This document shows, piece after piece, positions 31,485 to 41,986 of a stretch of 64,000 nucleotides of DNA; the first letter of the stretch is position 1; the number at the start of each line of letters is the position of its first letter. The notes under the pieces are model-generated. The model was given only the letters and a program-made list of their open reading frames with translations. It searched no databases and had not been told where the DNA came from. This DNA comes from an uncultured delta proteobacterium (GTDB lineage Bacteria > Myxococcota_A > UBA9160 > UBA4427): NCBI GenBank assembly GCA_963822965.1, contig CAWGJT010000012.1, positions 224,001 to 288,000 on the forward strand, read 5' to 3'. The position numbers and the translations under genes were made by a program.

Positions 31485-32369
31485 TCAGGATGCCGGCAGC
31501 AGCGTTCCGATCCGTCGCCCGAGCCGCAGGGGCGCGCCGGGCTCTTCGAGGTGGAGGTCGACCACGCCGGGGGCCGCCACCACCACGATCGTCGACCCGA
31601 AGGCAAAGCGCCCCCATTCCTCGCCGCACGCGAATCGGATCGCGGGGTCGTAGGTCCGGGAGACCGGCTTCGCGCCGCGCACGTTGGTCGCCAGCGAGTC
31701 GAAGGCCACGTGAACCGCACCCACCATCGTGGCGCCCACCGCCACCAGGCACAGCGGCGCCTCGCCCGGCCGGGTCTCCGCACCGCCGACGTGCATCCAC
31801 GCGCAGATCCGCTCGTTGCGCGCGAACAGCCCGTCCACGCCCTCGAGCCCGATCTGGTTCACCGGCCACAGGCTGCCCGGGAGATAGCGCGCCGCGACCA
31901 CCTGCACCGCGCAGGGTGCGTGGAAGCGGTGGTAGTCGCGGGGCGACAGGTAGAAGGTGGCGTAGCAGCCTCCTTCGAGGCGCTCTGCGTCCTCGGAGCT
32001 GCCGAGGAGCGCGGCCAGCGAGTAGCTGCGCCCCTTCACCTGCAGCAGGGTGCCGTGCTCGATGCGACCGGAAGCGCCCCACGCGCCGTCGCACGGCGAG
32101 ACGAAGGCGTCGGGCGCAGGGTCGATGGGGCGCACGCCGTCGCGCAGCGCCCGGGTGAAGAAGTCCTGGAAGCTCGCGTACGCCTCGACGGGATCGCGGG
32201 CTTCTCCGAAGTCGACGCCGAAGAGCCGGCCGAAGGCGCGGATCTCCGCGCGCTGCAGCACCGCCGGAAGCCGCAGGCGCGCCAGCCGGCCGGCAAGCCG
32301 TGACACGGCGGCAAGCGGCAGGTAGCGCATCACCGCGGCCACCCGGCGGGGCCAGACCCGATCCGACAT
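31485..32369 (-). CDS. psd: Phosphatidylserine decarboxylase proenzyme
   Basis: FFTRAL, SPCDG, QVKG..YSL, YLSPRDYHRFH, NER, VGAT.VG, FGST cleavage motif. Confidence 0.95.
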   Translation of the reverse strand: MSDRVWPRRVAAVMRYLPLAAVSRLAGRLARLRLPAVLQRAEIRAFGRLFGVDFGEARDPVEAYASFQDFFTRALRDGVRPIDPAPDAFVSPCDGAWGASGRIEHGTLLQVKGRSYSLAALLGSSEDAERLEGGCYATFYLSPRDYHRFHAPCAVQVVAARYLPGSLWPVNQIGLEGVDGLFARNERICAWMHVGGAETRPGEAPLCLVAVGATMVGAVHVAFDSLATNVRGAKPVSRTYDPAIRFACGEEWGRFAFGSTIVVVAAPGVVDLHLEEPGAPLRLGRRIGTLLPAS

Positions 32370-32377
32370 GCGGCGAC

Positions 32378-32507
32378 GCTAGCAGGCCGACGAATCCTCC
32401 GGATCGCTTGCGGCGCAAGCCGACGCCGAAGGCGTCGGCCTGCTAGCGGGCGAGTCCTCCGGATCGCTTGCGGCGCAAGCCGACGCCGAAGGCGTCGGCC
32501 TGCTAGC
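32378..32507. repeat. Inverted-repeat-bounded hairpin element with 60-bp internal tandem duplication
   Basis: GCTAGCAGGCCGACG (32378-32392) inverted at 32433-32447 and 32493-32507; direct repeat with 60-bp period. Confidence 0.92.
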
Positions 32508-32534
32508 CTCCTCCCGCCTACCGCGGAGGCACCG

Positions 32535-33068
32535 ATGTCTGCCCACCTGGTCCTTACCGTCATCGCCCGGGACGAGCCGGGGCTCGTCGAGATGTTGTCG
32601 CTCACCGTCTCCGACCACGGCGCGAACTGGCTGGGGAGCCACATGGCCCGCCTGGCGGGCGAGTTCGCGGGGATCGTCGAGGTGAGCGTTCCGGAGGAGA
32701 CCCGGCACGCCCTGCAGGGTGCGCTGCGCGATCTCGAATCCCGGGGGCTCCGCATCCAGATCGCAGAAGCGGGCGGGCTCCCGGCGGGAGCCCCTCCCCT
32801 ACGGACCCTCGAGCTCGACCTGGTGGGCAACGATCGGCCCGGCATCGTTCGAGAGATCTCCCGCGCCCTGGCGCGTCGCGGTGTCAACGTGGACGAGCTG
32901 GAGACCGGGTGCGAGAGCGCGGCCATGTCCGGCGACGTGCTCTTCCGGGCACACGCTCGACTCCAGCTGCCCGAGAGCGTTACCCTCGAAGAGCTACGGG
33001 GGGACCTCGAACGGATCGCTGCGGACCTGATGGTGGACCTGCATCTCGAGGAGGAGTCGGGCTCCTGA
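32535..33068 (+). CDS. Double-ACT domain protein (GcvR-like)
   Basis: VLTVIARDEPGLV..LS; LVGNDRPGIVREIS. Confidence 0.9.
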   Translation: MSAHLVLTVIARDEPGLVEMLSLTVSDHGANWLGSHMARLAGEFAGIVEVSVPEETRHALQGALRDLESRGLRIQIAEAGGLPAGAPPLRTLELDLVGNDRPGIVREISRALARRGVNVDELETGCESAAMSGDVLFRAHARLQLPESVTLEELRGDLERIAADLMVDLHLEEESGS

Positions 33069-33204
33069 CCCTCGCGGGGTGCGGCGAGCCGTCGCGGGCG
33101 CCGTTCACGGGGTCGACCGGCCGGGAGGGCCCGGCGGTGGGCTCCCGAAACGAAGACAAACCAGACCGCAAGTCACGCATCTGCCGTGACAAGGGAGGCC
33201 GCAA

Positions 33205-33639
33205 GTGACCACGATCCGCGTTCTCGCCATCCTGCTCCTCACCCTCTTCGTCGCCGCACCGGCGCTGGCGCGCAACGACACTCTCGACTTCTCGGTCGAG
33301 AACGCCAAGAGCATCGGGCCGAAGGAGAAGCTGCTCGACATCCCCTGGTTCATGGCGGGGCAGAAGCATCCCGCGGTCGCCAAGGACTTCGGGGAGGCGA
33401 AGACGAACAAGGCCACCAACAAGTTCAACAAGGAAGACGACTACGCGTGCTCCATCGCGTTCATGTCCGCCATCATCCAGCTGCAGACCCGCGCGCGGCA
33501 GCTCGGCGCCGACGCGGTGATCGACATCAAGTCGGTCACCAAGGGCATGAACCTCGAGAGCGCCACCGAGTACCGGTGCAACCTCGGGACCTTCACGGCG
33601 ATCGTCGGCCTGACGGGCCGGCCCGTGAAGCTGAAGTAG
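33205..33639 (+). CDS. Secreted conserved hypothetical protein (YbjQ/RcsF-like fold)
   Basis: Signal peptide ending ALA; TNKATNKFNK.D..AC..AFMSA, GADAVIDIKS, EYRC. Confidence 0.8.
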   Translation: MTTIRVLAILLLTLFVAAPALARNDTLDFSVENAKSIGPKEKLLDIPWFMAGQKHPAVAKDFGEAKTNKATNKFNKEDDYACSIAFMSAIIQLQTRARQLGADAVIDIKSVTKGMNLESATEYRCNLGTFTAIVGLTGRPVKLK

Positions 33640-33661
33640 CCCGGGAGCGGTCCGGCGCCGC

Positions 33662-33749
33662 GCTCCTGCGGAGTCCGCCAGGAGCGCGACCCAGGACGAA
33701 GATCTTGGGTCGCGGTTCCGTCGCGGACGAATCCTGTGGATTCGTCCGC
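33662..33749. repeat. Three consecutive hairpins between convergent genes (REP-like or bidirectional terminator)
   Basis: 33662-33685, 33686-33713, and perfect GCGGACGAATCC-tgt-GGATTCGTCCGC at 33723-33749. Confidence 0.75.
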
Positions 33750-34891
33750 TAGCGGATCGCCCCGCTCTCCCGCAGCTTCGCGATCTCGGCGGCGCCGAAG
33801 CCGTGGCTCGCCAGCACCGCGTCCGTGTCCTGGGCGATGTGGGGAGCCGGGCGCGCGATCTCTGGCGGCGTACGGCTGAACCGCGGTGCCGGAGCCGCCT
33901 GGACGACCCCGCCGTGCTCGACGAAGGTGCCGCGGTGCACGTTGTGCGGGTGGAGAGGCGCCTCGCCCATGGAGAGGACGGGCGCGAAGCAGACGTCGCT
34001 TCCCTCCATGATCTCGCACCACTCGTCCCGGGTGCGGCTCTTGAAGATGGCGGTGAGCCGCTCGTGCAGCTTGGGCCACTGGCTTCGGTCGAGCTGCGCC
34101 GGGAGGTCTTCGCCGGCCAGGCCCGTCTTCTCCAGCAGCTCGGCGTAGAACTGCGGCTCGATGGAGCCGATGGAGACGTGCCGGCCGTCCTTCGTCTCGT
34201 ACACGTCGTAGAAATGGGCCCCCGTGTCCAGCAGGTTGGTGCCCCGCTCGTCGTTCCAGATGCCCATGGCGCGCATCCCGTACATCATCTGCATGAGGAC
34301 GGCGGCGCCATCGACCATGGCGGCGTCCACCACCTGCCCCCGACCCGAGCGACCGGCCTCGACCAGCGCGCAGACGACCCCGAAGGCCACCAACATCCCG
34401 CCCCCGCCGAAGTCGCCCACCAGATTCAGCGGAGGGAGCGGCCGCTCGCCCCGACGCCCGATGTGGTCGAGCACGCCCGCCAGCGAGATGTAGTTGATGT
34501 CGTGACCCGCCGCCTGGGCCATCGGTCCTTCCTGGCCCCAGCCCGTCATGCGGCCGTACACGAGGCACGGGTTGCGGGCCAGGCACACGTCCGGGCCGAG
34601 CCCGATTCGCTCCATCACCCCGGGCCGGAAGCCCTCGATGAGCGCATCGGTGTTCTCCACGATGCGGAGGACGGTCTCCACGCCGTCGGGATTCTTCAGG
34701 TCCACGGCGATGCTGCGGCGCCCGCGGCTCATGGGGTCCTTGGGCGGGTTCGCGGGATCGCCGCCGCGGGCGCGCTCTGCGCGATCGATCCGGATCACGT
34801 CCGCGCCCATGTCGGCCAGCATCATCGAGGCGAAGGGGCCCGGACCGATGCCCGCAATCTCCACGACCTTCACGCCTTCCAGGGGGCCCAT
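33749..34891 (-). CDS. CaiB/BaiF CoA-transferase, alpha-methylacyl-CoA racemase-like
   Basis: [51 protein letters not shown]. Confidence 0.94.
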   Translation of the reverse strand: MGPLEGVKVVEIAGIGPGPFASMMLADMGADVIRIDRAERARGGDPANPPKDPMSRGRRSIAVDLKNPDGVETVLRIVENTDALIEGFRPGVMERIGLGPDVCLARNPCLVYGRMTGWGQEGPMAQAAGHDINYISLAGVLDHIGRRGERPLPPLNLVGDFGGGGMLVAFGVVCALVEAGRSGRGQVVDAAMVDGAAVLMQMMYGMRAMGIWNDERGTNLLDTGAHFYDVYETKDGRHVSIGSIEPQFYAELLEKTGLAGEDLPAQLDRSQWPKLHERLTAIFKSRTRDEWCEIMEGSDVCFAPVLSMGEAPLHPHNVHRGTFVEHGGVVQAAPAPRFSRTPPEIARPAPHIAQDTDAVLASHGFGAAEIAKLRESGAIR

Positions 34892-34992
34892 CTCGTCTCC
34901 TCGTGCGGGCAGGCGCGCGCCGCGCCCACCACCGCCGCGTCCGCCGCGGCGGACGCACGAGCATATCGCAGGGCGGGGGCTGCGGTACCGCG

Positions 34993-36156
34993 TCAGCCGC
35001 CGCCCTCGAGGAGACCGCCGGCCTCGGCCGCGAGGTCCCGGCGCATGCGGCGCACCTTGTCGGCCGTGACGAAGAGCGCCCGCAGCTGGCAGTGCTCGAT
35101 GGTCGCGTCCACCACCGCTCCGATTTCGCGCTCGAAGTAGCCGTCGAGCTGCGACATGCGGAAGCGAGCGAAGTGCCGGCCCGTCTCGCCCGAGGTCCAG
35201 AAGTGCGCGAAGAGCCCGATGGCGTCCCGGGCGAGCTCGCCCTCCGCCGGGGCGTTCGCGTGGATGAGCGAGGTCAGCCCGTCCAGCGCCTTGAGGGCGG
35301 CGAGCATCTGGTTCTGCTCGATAGCCGCCATGCCCACCTCGAAGAGCGCCTGGCTCCGGGCCATGGTGAGGGCGCGGTCCTTGCCGCGCGACCAGCCGAG
35401 GGACTGGCTGATCGTCTGGGTCACCGAGGGGTTGCCCATGCGCAGGGACTCGATGCCGAGCACGCTCATGCCGTGGATGGCGCTCGACGCGTCGGTGTGT
35501 CCGCTGCGCGCCGGGTCGAAGGCGCGCACCGCGCGGCGCAGGACGCCCAGCGCCGGCGGGACGAGCTGCGTGCGGCCCGTGCCGCGGGACTCGACCACGA
35601 TGGTGACGGCGCCGTCGATGAGGTCCGTGAGACCGTCTCCCTCGTAGCGCGGGTGCTCGCAGACCCGATCGGTCAGCTGCTTCAGGGCCTCCAGGGTGGG
35701 GAGCTTCTCGCGCACCGGCTCGCTTCGCCGCCCGAAGTCCACCAGGTCGTGGAGCGAGTCCTCGTGCAGGCGCCCGGAAACGTCCAGCTCTGCCGCCGCC
35801 TCGGAGGCCAGCAGCTCGACGATGGCGTCCCGCTGGCCGTAGCGGCGCGGGATGACGAATGCCGTCACCACGCAGATCGCCGCCATCACGCCGAGCCCCG
35901 CGCTCCAGAGCGGTCCGTCGGACCACAGCCCGTAGCGGTAGGCGACGACGGTCGCGGCGGCGACGAGCACCGCGACGATGATCGGCAGCCCCAGATCGCG
36001 AGCCAGAAGGCGCCGGCGCTTCTCGATCACGTGTCGGATCTCCGCCGGCAGCGACTGCAGCACCACCGCGGGCAGACCGATCAGCAGCACGAAGAACGTG
36101 ACGAGCGCGTCGAACGGGATGTCCGCCGCGGACGGGATCGACGGAACGGGCGTCAT
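34993..36156 (-). CDS. Hypothetical membrane protein (3 TM plus large helical domain)
   Basis: Three hydrophobic segments then an alpha-helical domain; ATGA overlap with the receiver gene. Confidence 0.75.
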   Translation of the reverse strand: MTPVPSIPSAADIPFDALVTFFVLLIGLPAVVLQSLPAEIRHVIEKRRRLLARDLGLPIIVAVLVAAATVVAYRYGLWSDGPLWSAGLGVMAAICVVTAFVIPRRYGQRDAIVELLASEAAAELDVSGRLHEDSLHDLVDFGRRSEPVREKLPTLEALKQLTDRVCEHPRYEGDGLTDLIDGAVTIVVESRGTGRTQLVPPALGVLRRAVRAFDPARSGHTDASSAIHGMSVLGIESLRMGNPSVTQTISQSLGWSRGKDRALTMARSQALFEVGMAAIEQNQMLAALKALDGLTSLIHANAPAEGELARDAIGLFAHFWTSGETGRHFARFRMSQLDGYFEREIGAVVDATIEHCQLRALFVTADKVRRMRRDLAAEAGGLLEGGG

Positions 36157-36641
36157 GCGCCGCGCAGGGCGAGCAGCCGGTCGATCAGCTCGCGCAGGAT
36201 GGTGTCCGGCAGGTCGGCGCGCTTCTGCTGGATCACCTGGATGCCGAGGTCGTCGAGGGTGGCCGTGATCTCCGACTTGCAGTCCACGGAGAAGACGGCG
36301 ATGCGACGAGCGTCGAGCCAGGACGGCGCCGCGGGCAGACCGGGCTTCCCGCCAGGCTCGAGCAGCCAGCGCAGCAGCTGCAGGCCGAGCTCGGCGTGCA
36401 CCTTGTCGTAGCCGGCCCGCCGGTGCATCTCCTTCCAGTGCGGATCGTCGCCGGGCGGCAGGCGCACGTCGACGATCACGGCGTCGAACTCCTCCTCGAG
36501 CAGGTACTCGACGGCGATCGTGAGATCCTCGGCGAGCACCAGCTCGATGCGGCCGTCGTAGAGGACCGGACCCGAGAGGTGCGACAGCTCCGAACGGGCG
36601 CCGTCCTCGATCCAGAGAGCTCGCGGTCGGGTCGCAGGCAT
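36153..36641 (-). CDS. Atypical single-domain response regulator
   Basis: [14 protein letters not shown] (phospho-Asp), VFSV, QQK; insertion after the Asp. Confidence 0.8.
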   Translation of the reverse strand: MPATRPRALWIEDGARSELSHLSGPVLYDGRIELVLAEDLTIAVEYLLEEEFDAVIVDVRLPPGDDPHWKEMHRRAGYDKVHAELGLQLLRWLLEPGGKPGLPAAPSWLDARRIAVFSVDCKSEITATLDDLGIQVIQQKRADLPDTILRELIDRLLALRGA

Positions 36642-36726
36642 GATCGAATGGGTTCTCCTGGTCGACGGTCGTGGATTCCGCGCCGGGTCGACCGTACGCG
36701 GCGGACGGACTCGGGCGCGCCTTGCC

Positions 36727-38226
36727 TCACACGGCGAGCGGGAGGGTCATCGTCACCTTCGTGAGAAAGGGCTGGCGATAGTAGTCCCGCGCCTCGGGGT
36801 CCGGCGACGAGGCGCGCGCCGGACGACTGACCAGGACGAGGGAGCCGCGATGCGCCTCCGCGACCCGCCTGCTGTCGGTGAGGCCGATGCCGGTGCCGAG
36901 CCGCCCGCGATCCTTGGAGCGCTTGCCGCGGTAGCCCATGCGATAGACCATGCCGGCCTCGATCTCGACCTGCTCGACCGGAACTCCCCAGTTCTCCACC
37001 TCGATCTGGACGTTGCGCTCGTCGTCCGAGACGTCGATGGCGATCCACGGCGCTTCGGCCCCCTCTCGCTTCCACGAGTACTTGATGGCGTTGTGGACGA
37101 GGTTCGTGACGGCGCGCAACAGGTCGCGGCGGTTGCCGAAGACCTCGATGTCCTCCGAGCGGTTGCGCCAGACGATGTCGACCCGGGCCGCGCGCGCGAA
37201 CTCCGAGAGGTGCGCGATGGCCTCGCGCACGATGGACGCGACGGTGAAGCGCGTGCTGGGGTCATCGGTGCGGATCTCCGTGGTGATGAAGTCGCGCAGG
37301 GCCGCGAGGCTCGTGTCCATCTGGATCACCGCCGTGCGGGTCGACAGGATGTCCATGAAGCAGGTGAGACGCTCCAACGACGAGGCCGCCCGCACGGCGT
37401 CGCGCACCGCCTCCTTGGGCATGTGCCCGGGCTCGATGTCGCGACAGGCTCCCAGGATCTGACCCGTGACCGCGCGCAGCGCCGACACCCGCATCTCCGG
37501 CACCGCGATCGTCGCCTCGTAGTCCTGCAGCGTCGGCAGCACCGCGGCGAGCTTCTCCCAGCGCTCGGGGGCCAGCGCGTCGGCCCGACGCTCCGCGTCG
37601 CCCGCCTCGAGCAGGCGCTGGAGCGCGGCGGCAACCCGGGCCGCGCGCTCGGCCATGCGCTCCTCGAGGGCGTCCGGGCGGGTGGCGTCGTTGTCGCCGT
37701 GGAGATCCGGCTCGAGGGCCCGGCCCGCCGCCAGCAGGGTCTGGTTCACCATCACGAGGGTAGAGGTGTTCGCGTGCAGGATCTGGCCGATGTCGAAGGT
37801 CATCTCGCGCACCGTCTCCTGCAGGGCCTGCGTGCGCGCGGCCGAGAGATGCTCGTCGGTGACGTCGACCATACAGCCAACGAAGAGCCCACTGGCGGCG
37901 TCGGGCTCCGAGGGGATCGGCGCGAGATAGTGCTCCACCCAGACGTCGCGCGAGCCGACCTTCAGGTGCACGACGCTCTTGCCCGGCGAGGCCTCCTCGA
38001 CGAGGCGGGGATAGACGCTCTTGTCCGCGTGGTGGTCGGTGATGCGACCCTCGACAGGCCCGTCGGCATGCAGCTCGAGGAGCGCCCGGGCCTGCCGGTT
38101 GCAGTAGACCAGCCGGCCCTGGGCGTCGGCCACGTAGACCCCCATCGGCAGGTCGATGAGCGGCGCGCTCTCCAGCTGGGACAGGAGCCGCTCCAACGTC
38201 TGACGTTGGCTTTCGCCCGTGCTCAT
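36727..38226 (-). CDS. Soluble PAS-containing atypical histidine kinase
   Basis: PAS (GVYVADAQGRLVYCN), candidate H-box ILHANTSTL, NLVHNAIKYS, ENWG, GTGIGL. Confidence 0.85.
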   Translation of the reverse strand: MSTGESQRQTLERLLSQLESAPLIDLPMGVYVADAQGRLVYCNRQARALLELHADGPVEGRITDHHADKSVYPRLVEEASPGKSVVHLKVGSRDVWVEHYLAPIPSEPDAASGLFVGCMVDVTDEHLSAARTQALQETVREMTFDIGQILHANTSTLVMVNQTLLAAGRALEPDLHGDNDATRPDALEERMAERAARVAAALQRLLEAGDAERRADALAPERWEKLAAVLPTLQDYEATIAVPEMRVSALRAVTGQILGACRDIEPGHMPKEAVRDAVRAASSLERLTCFMDILSTRTAVIQMDTSLAALRDFITTEIRTDDPSTRFTVASIVREAIAHLSEFARAARVDIVWRNRSEDIEVFGNRRDLLRAVTNLVHNAIKYSWKREGAEAPWIAIDVSDDERNVQIEVENWGVPVEQVEIEAGMVYRMGYRGKRSKDRGRLGTGIGLTDSRRVAEAHRGSLVLVSRPARASSPDPEARDYYRQPFLTKVTMTLPLAV

Positions 38227-38347
38227 GGCTTCGTGCTCTCGGGAGTGGCGTGGGAGCCGCGATGATACGCTCTCCCGCCCGCGGATGCCCGGGGCCGGCC
38301 GGCGGGGCCGGGCCCGCCGCGGCTTCCCGGAACGGGGGCGTGCGCTC

Positions 38348-39304
38348 TTGAAGGTCGCTGTGATCGGTGGGGGAGCGGTGGGCCTGGGTCTCTCGAGCTG
38401 CCTGCTGGCCTCGGGGGCGGAGGTGCACCTGCAGGTCCGCACGCCCGAGGCTGCCGACGCGCTCCGGCGTCACGGCCTGCAGCGCACCGGGCGCTTCGGG
38501 GAGCACCGGGCGGCGCCCGGCTCGTTCGCGGTCGGCACCGCGCCGGACGACCTGGTGGCGGCCCGCCCCGATGCCCTGCTCGTGTGCACGAAGACCACCG
38601 GCCGCGACGCCGTCGCGGACGCGCTGGCGGCCGTGTGGCCCCGGCTGGCGCACCCCGCTCCCGCCGTGCTGTGCCTGAACGGCTGGGGCAACGCCGAGCG
38701 CTTCGCCCGGGCGCTGCCCGCGGAATGGGTCTTCACGGCCACCGTCACCACCGGATTCCGCCGCCAGGGCTTCCACCGGGTGGAGATCACGGTCCACGGC
38801 GACGAGATGCACGTGGGCAGCGTCTTCGGCGCCGACACCCGGGCCGTGGCTCCCCTGTGCGCGGCGATCACCGCAGGCGGTCTGCCCTGCCAGCCGACCC
38901 CGGCGATGGAGCGCGAGGTGTGGGCGAAGCTGCTCTACAACTGCGCCCTCAACCCCCTCGCCGCCCTGCTGGACGTGCCGTACGGGGAGCTGGCCTCGGA
39001 TCCCCATCGGAGGGCGGTCGTCGAGACGGTGGTGGCGGAGATCTTCCGGGTGCTGTCCGCGCTGGAGAGAAGCACGAAGTGGCCCTCGGCCGACGCCTAC
39101 CTCGACTTCTTCTTCCGCGAGCTGCTGCCCCCGACCCGGGACCACGAGTCCTCCATGCTCCAGGACCTGCGAGCGGGGAGACCGACCGAGATCGACGCCC
39201 TGTGCGGCGCTGTCGCCCGGCTCGGCGCCGGCGCCGGCGTGCCGACCCCGGTGAACGACGCCCTGGCGACCCTCATCCGCGCGCGGCATCCCAGGGGAGC
39301 TTGA
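38348..39304 (+). CDS. panE: 2-dehydropantoate 2-reductase
   Basis: IGGGAVG, CTKT, LNGWGN, WAKLLYNCALNPL, SSMLQD..AGRPTEIDALCG. Confidence 0.92.
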   Translation: MKVAVIGGGAVGLGLSSCLLASGAEVHLQVRTPEAADALRRHGLQRTGRFGEHRAAPGSFAVGTAPDDLVAARPDALLVCTKTTGRDAVADALAAVWPRLAHPAPAVLCLNGWGNAERFARALPAEWVFTATVTTGFRRQGFHRVEITVHGDEMHVGSVFGADTRAVAPLCAAITAGGLPCQPTPAMEREVWAKLLYNCALNPLAALLDVPYGELASDPHRRAVVETVVAEIFRVLSALERSTKWPSADAYLDFFFRELLPPTRDHESSMLQDLRAGRPTEIDALCGAVARLGAGAGVPTPVNDALATLIRARHPRGA

Positions 39305-39451
39305 CCGCCCCCGGGAACTCGGCTTTGATCGAAGCTGGCCGGGTCGGCGGCCAGTCGGAGCGGGCCGCCTCCCGGAGGCCCCGGGGTCGGGGCCGAGTCC
39401 CGGCCCGGTCCGGCGCCCCGGAAGTACCCGGGGAATGGCGGAGGAAGCGTC

Positions 39452-40696
39452 ATTCGCGTCTCCCAACGAAGAGTGGTGATCACAGGCATCGGCCTGCTGT
39501 CTCCGGTGGGAATCGGGGTCGAGGACAATTGGTCCGCGCTGCTCGCCGCGAAGAGCGGCATCGGCCCGATCACCCTCTTCGACGCCCACGACTACCCGGT
39601 TCGCATCGCCGGCGAGGTCTCGACCTTCCGCGTCGAGGACCACTTTGCTCCCAAGGAGGCGCGCAGGCTCGACCGCTACGAGCAGTTCGCGATGGTGGCG
39701 GCCCGGCAGGCGGTGGCGGACGCGGGGCTGGACGCCGAGAGCCTCGACGGCGACCGCACCGGCGTCCTGATCGGAAGCGGGCTCGGCGGCCTCGAGACGC
39801 TCCACGCCGTCGCCGACGTGCTGCGCGACAAGGGACCCCGGCGCGTCAGCCCCTTCACGGTGCCGAAGATCATCGCGAACCTGGCGGCAGGGCTCGTCTC
39901 CATCGAGTTCGGAGCCCGGGGACCGAATCTCGCGAGCGTCAGCGCCTGCGCGACCGGCGCCCACAGCATCGGCGACGCGGCGCGGCTCATCGCCATGGGC
40001 GATGCCGACGCCATGATCGCCGGCGGCGCCGAGGCCACGGTCGGGCCGATCGGCCTCGCGGGCTTCGCCGCCATGAAGGCCCTGTCCGATCGCAACGACG
40101 AGCCCGAGAAGGCGAGCCGCCCGTTCGACCTGAACCGCGACGGCTTCGTGGCGGCCGAAGGCGCCGCGGTCGTGATGCTGGAGCTGCTCGACCGGGCCCG
40201 CGCACGCGGCGCGCGGATCTACGCGGAGGTGGCGGGCTACGGACAATCGGCGGACGCCTACCACATCACCAGCCCGGACCCGGACGGGCGCGGCGCCCGG
40301 CTCGCCATGCAGCGCGCCCTGGACGACGCCGGGCTCGCGCCGGCGGACGTGCAGTACGTGAACGCCCACGGCACCTCGACGCCCTACAACGACGCCATCG
40401 AGACGCTGGCCCTCAAGACGGTCTTCGGCGCCCACGCCGGCGCCCTGTGGATCAGCAGCACGAAGGGCTGTACGGGCCACATGCTCGGCGCCGCGGGCGC
40501 GCTCGAAGCCGCCGTGACGGCGCTCGCCATCGACCGCAAGGCCGTCCCGCCGACGGCCAACTACGAGACGCCCGACCCGGAGTGCGACCTCGACTACGTG
40601 CCCGGCAAGCCCCGGGAGCGCGAGATCCGGGCGGCGCTGTCCAACAGCTTCGGATTCGGCGGCACCAACGTGTGCCTCGCCCTCACCGCCGTCTAG
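39452..40696 (+). CDS. fabF: Beta-ketoacyl-ACP synthase II (probable ATT start; first canonical start 39473)
   Basis: [49 protein letters not shown]. Confidence 0.96.
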   Translation: MRVSQRRVVITGIGLLSPVGIGVEDNWSALLAAKSGIGPITLFDAHDYPVRIAGEVSTFRVEDHFAPKEARRLDRYEQFAMVAARQAVADAGLDAESLDGDRTGVLIGSGLGGLETLHAVADVLRDKGPRRVSPFTVPKIIANLAAGLVSIEFGARGPNLASVSACATGAHSIGDAARLIAMGDADAMIAGGAEATVGPIGLAGFAAMKALSDRNDEPEKASRPFDLNRDGFVAAEGAAVVMLELLDRARARGARIYAEVAGYGQSADAYHITSPDPDGRGARLAMQRALDDAGLAPADVQYVNAHGTSTPYNDAIETLALKTVFGAHAGALWISSTKGCTGHMLGAAGALEAAVTALAIDRKAVPPTANYETPDPECDLDYVPGKPREREIRAALSNSFGFGGTNVCLALTAV

Positions 40697-40758
40697 GGCC
40701 GCCGCGCTCGGATCCCGGCGATCTCCCACGATCGGCGAGGGCGATCCGAGCCCGCGCG

Positions 40759-41883
40759 CTACTCGTCGGCGATCTCGCCCATGGCTTCCTCGCCCAGGGC
40801 TTCGGGCGGCTCCAGGAGGGGGCCTTCCCGGCGGGCGAGGTGGAAGAGCGCGAAGCCCGGCAGCACCACCTGGGGCACCGCCATCCCGATCAGCTCGCCG
40901 GCGTCCCGGGCGACCACGGTGATGCGCTCGTTCGTGATGGGATCGGTGATGGTGCCGAGCATGTCGCCCACGACGATCCGCTCGCCGAGCTCGCGCCGGG
41001 TCAAGAAGATGCCGCCGGCGGGCGCTCGCAGCCAACGAGAGCCGCGGTAGATGTGCTGCGGCTCCGGCGCGGGCCCTTCTCCCGGCAGCATGTCCAGGTG
41101 CCGCATCAGGTTGATCACTCCGTCGACGCCGCGGGCGATCTCCTCGGCCTGGAAGCGCAGGGGCTCGCCCGCCTCGTAGAGGATGGCGGGGATGCCCAGG
41201 TCGCCGGCGGCCCGGCGCAGGGAGCCCCGCGGCCCCCGGCCGTGCAGCACGATGCCGACGCCGAAGTGCTCCGCCAGCGCCGCCGTGGCCGCGTCGGTGA
41301 GGTCGGCGCGGATCTGCGGCAGGTTGCTGCGGCGGTTCGAGCCGGTGTGCAGGTCGACGAGAGCGCCACACTTGCCGAGCACCGCGGCGAAGAGGTGGTA
41401 GGCGATCCGGCTCGCGCTGCTTCCCTCGAGCGCACCCGGGAAGTAGCGGTTCAGGTCGCGACGGTCCGTGAGGTAGCGGGAGCCACGCCGGAATCCGTCG
41501 ACGTTCACGATGGGCAGCACGATCAAGGTGCCCGAGAGCTTCGCGGCCCGGGTGGTGGCGTGGACGTCGCGCGCGATCTCCACGCCGTTGATCTCGTCCC
41601 CGTGGACGGCGGCCGTCACGCACAGGGTGGGCCCACGCGCCCGACCCCGGACCACCAGCACGGGGATGTCCAGGGACATGCGCTCGAACGAGGGCGCCGG
41701 CATGAACGACAGGCGTCGGCTCTGGCCGGGCTGGATCGCGGCGCCCAGGATGAGGAGCGGCCCCCAACCGACCCCGGCGGCCGGCTCCGCTCGTGCGGCT
41801 CCGGCCGCAGCCAGCACCAGCAGCCCCGCCGCCGCGAGGCTGCAACGCAGGGCCGTCCGGGTGCGCGGAAGCCGGCAATGCAT
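40759..41883 (-). CDS. Succinylglutamate desuccinylase/aspartoacylase (M14-like) family protein, secreted
   Basis: Signal-like N-terminus, HGDEINGVE, DLNRYFPG, DLHTG, YEAGE. Confidence 0.92.
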   Translation of the reverse strand: MHCRLPRTRTALRCSLAAAGLLVLAAAGAARAEPAAGVGWGPLLILGAAIQPGQSRRLSFMPAPSFERMSLDIPVLVVRGRARGPTLCVTAAVHGDEINGVEIARDVHATTRAAKLSGTLIVLPIVNVDGFRRGSRYLTDRRDLNRYFPGALEGSSASRIAYHLFAAVLGKCGALVDLHTGSNRRSNLPQIRADLTDAATAALAEHFGVGIVLHGRGPRGSLRRAAGDLGIPAILYEAGEPLRFQAEEIARGVDGVINLMRHLDMLPGEGPAPEPQHIYRGSRWLRAPAGGIFLTRRELGERIVVGDMLGTITDPITNERITVVARDAGELIGMAVPQVVLPGFALFHLARREGPLLEPPEALGEEAMGEIADE

Positions 41884-41986
41884 GGACGAGCCTCGCGCGA
41901 ATCGCCGCATCTGCGCGTGCGCGTGGCGGGGGGATGGCAAGGAGATACCACGGCCACCCGGCCCGGGGAAGGGGCGTGCCCCACCC

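Noticed and set aside
33205..33639. 'Excinuclease ATPase subunit' label often attached to this family
   Set aside because: The protein has a signal peptide and no Walker motifs, so it is not UvrA-related.
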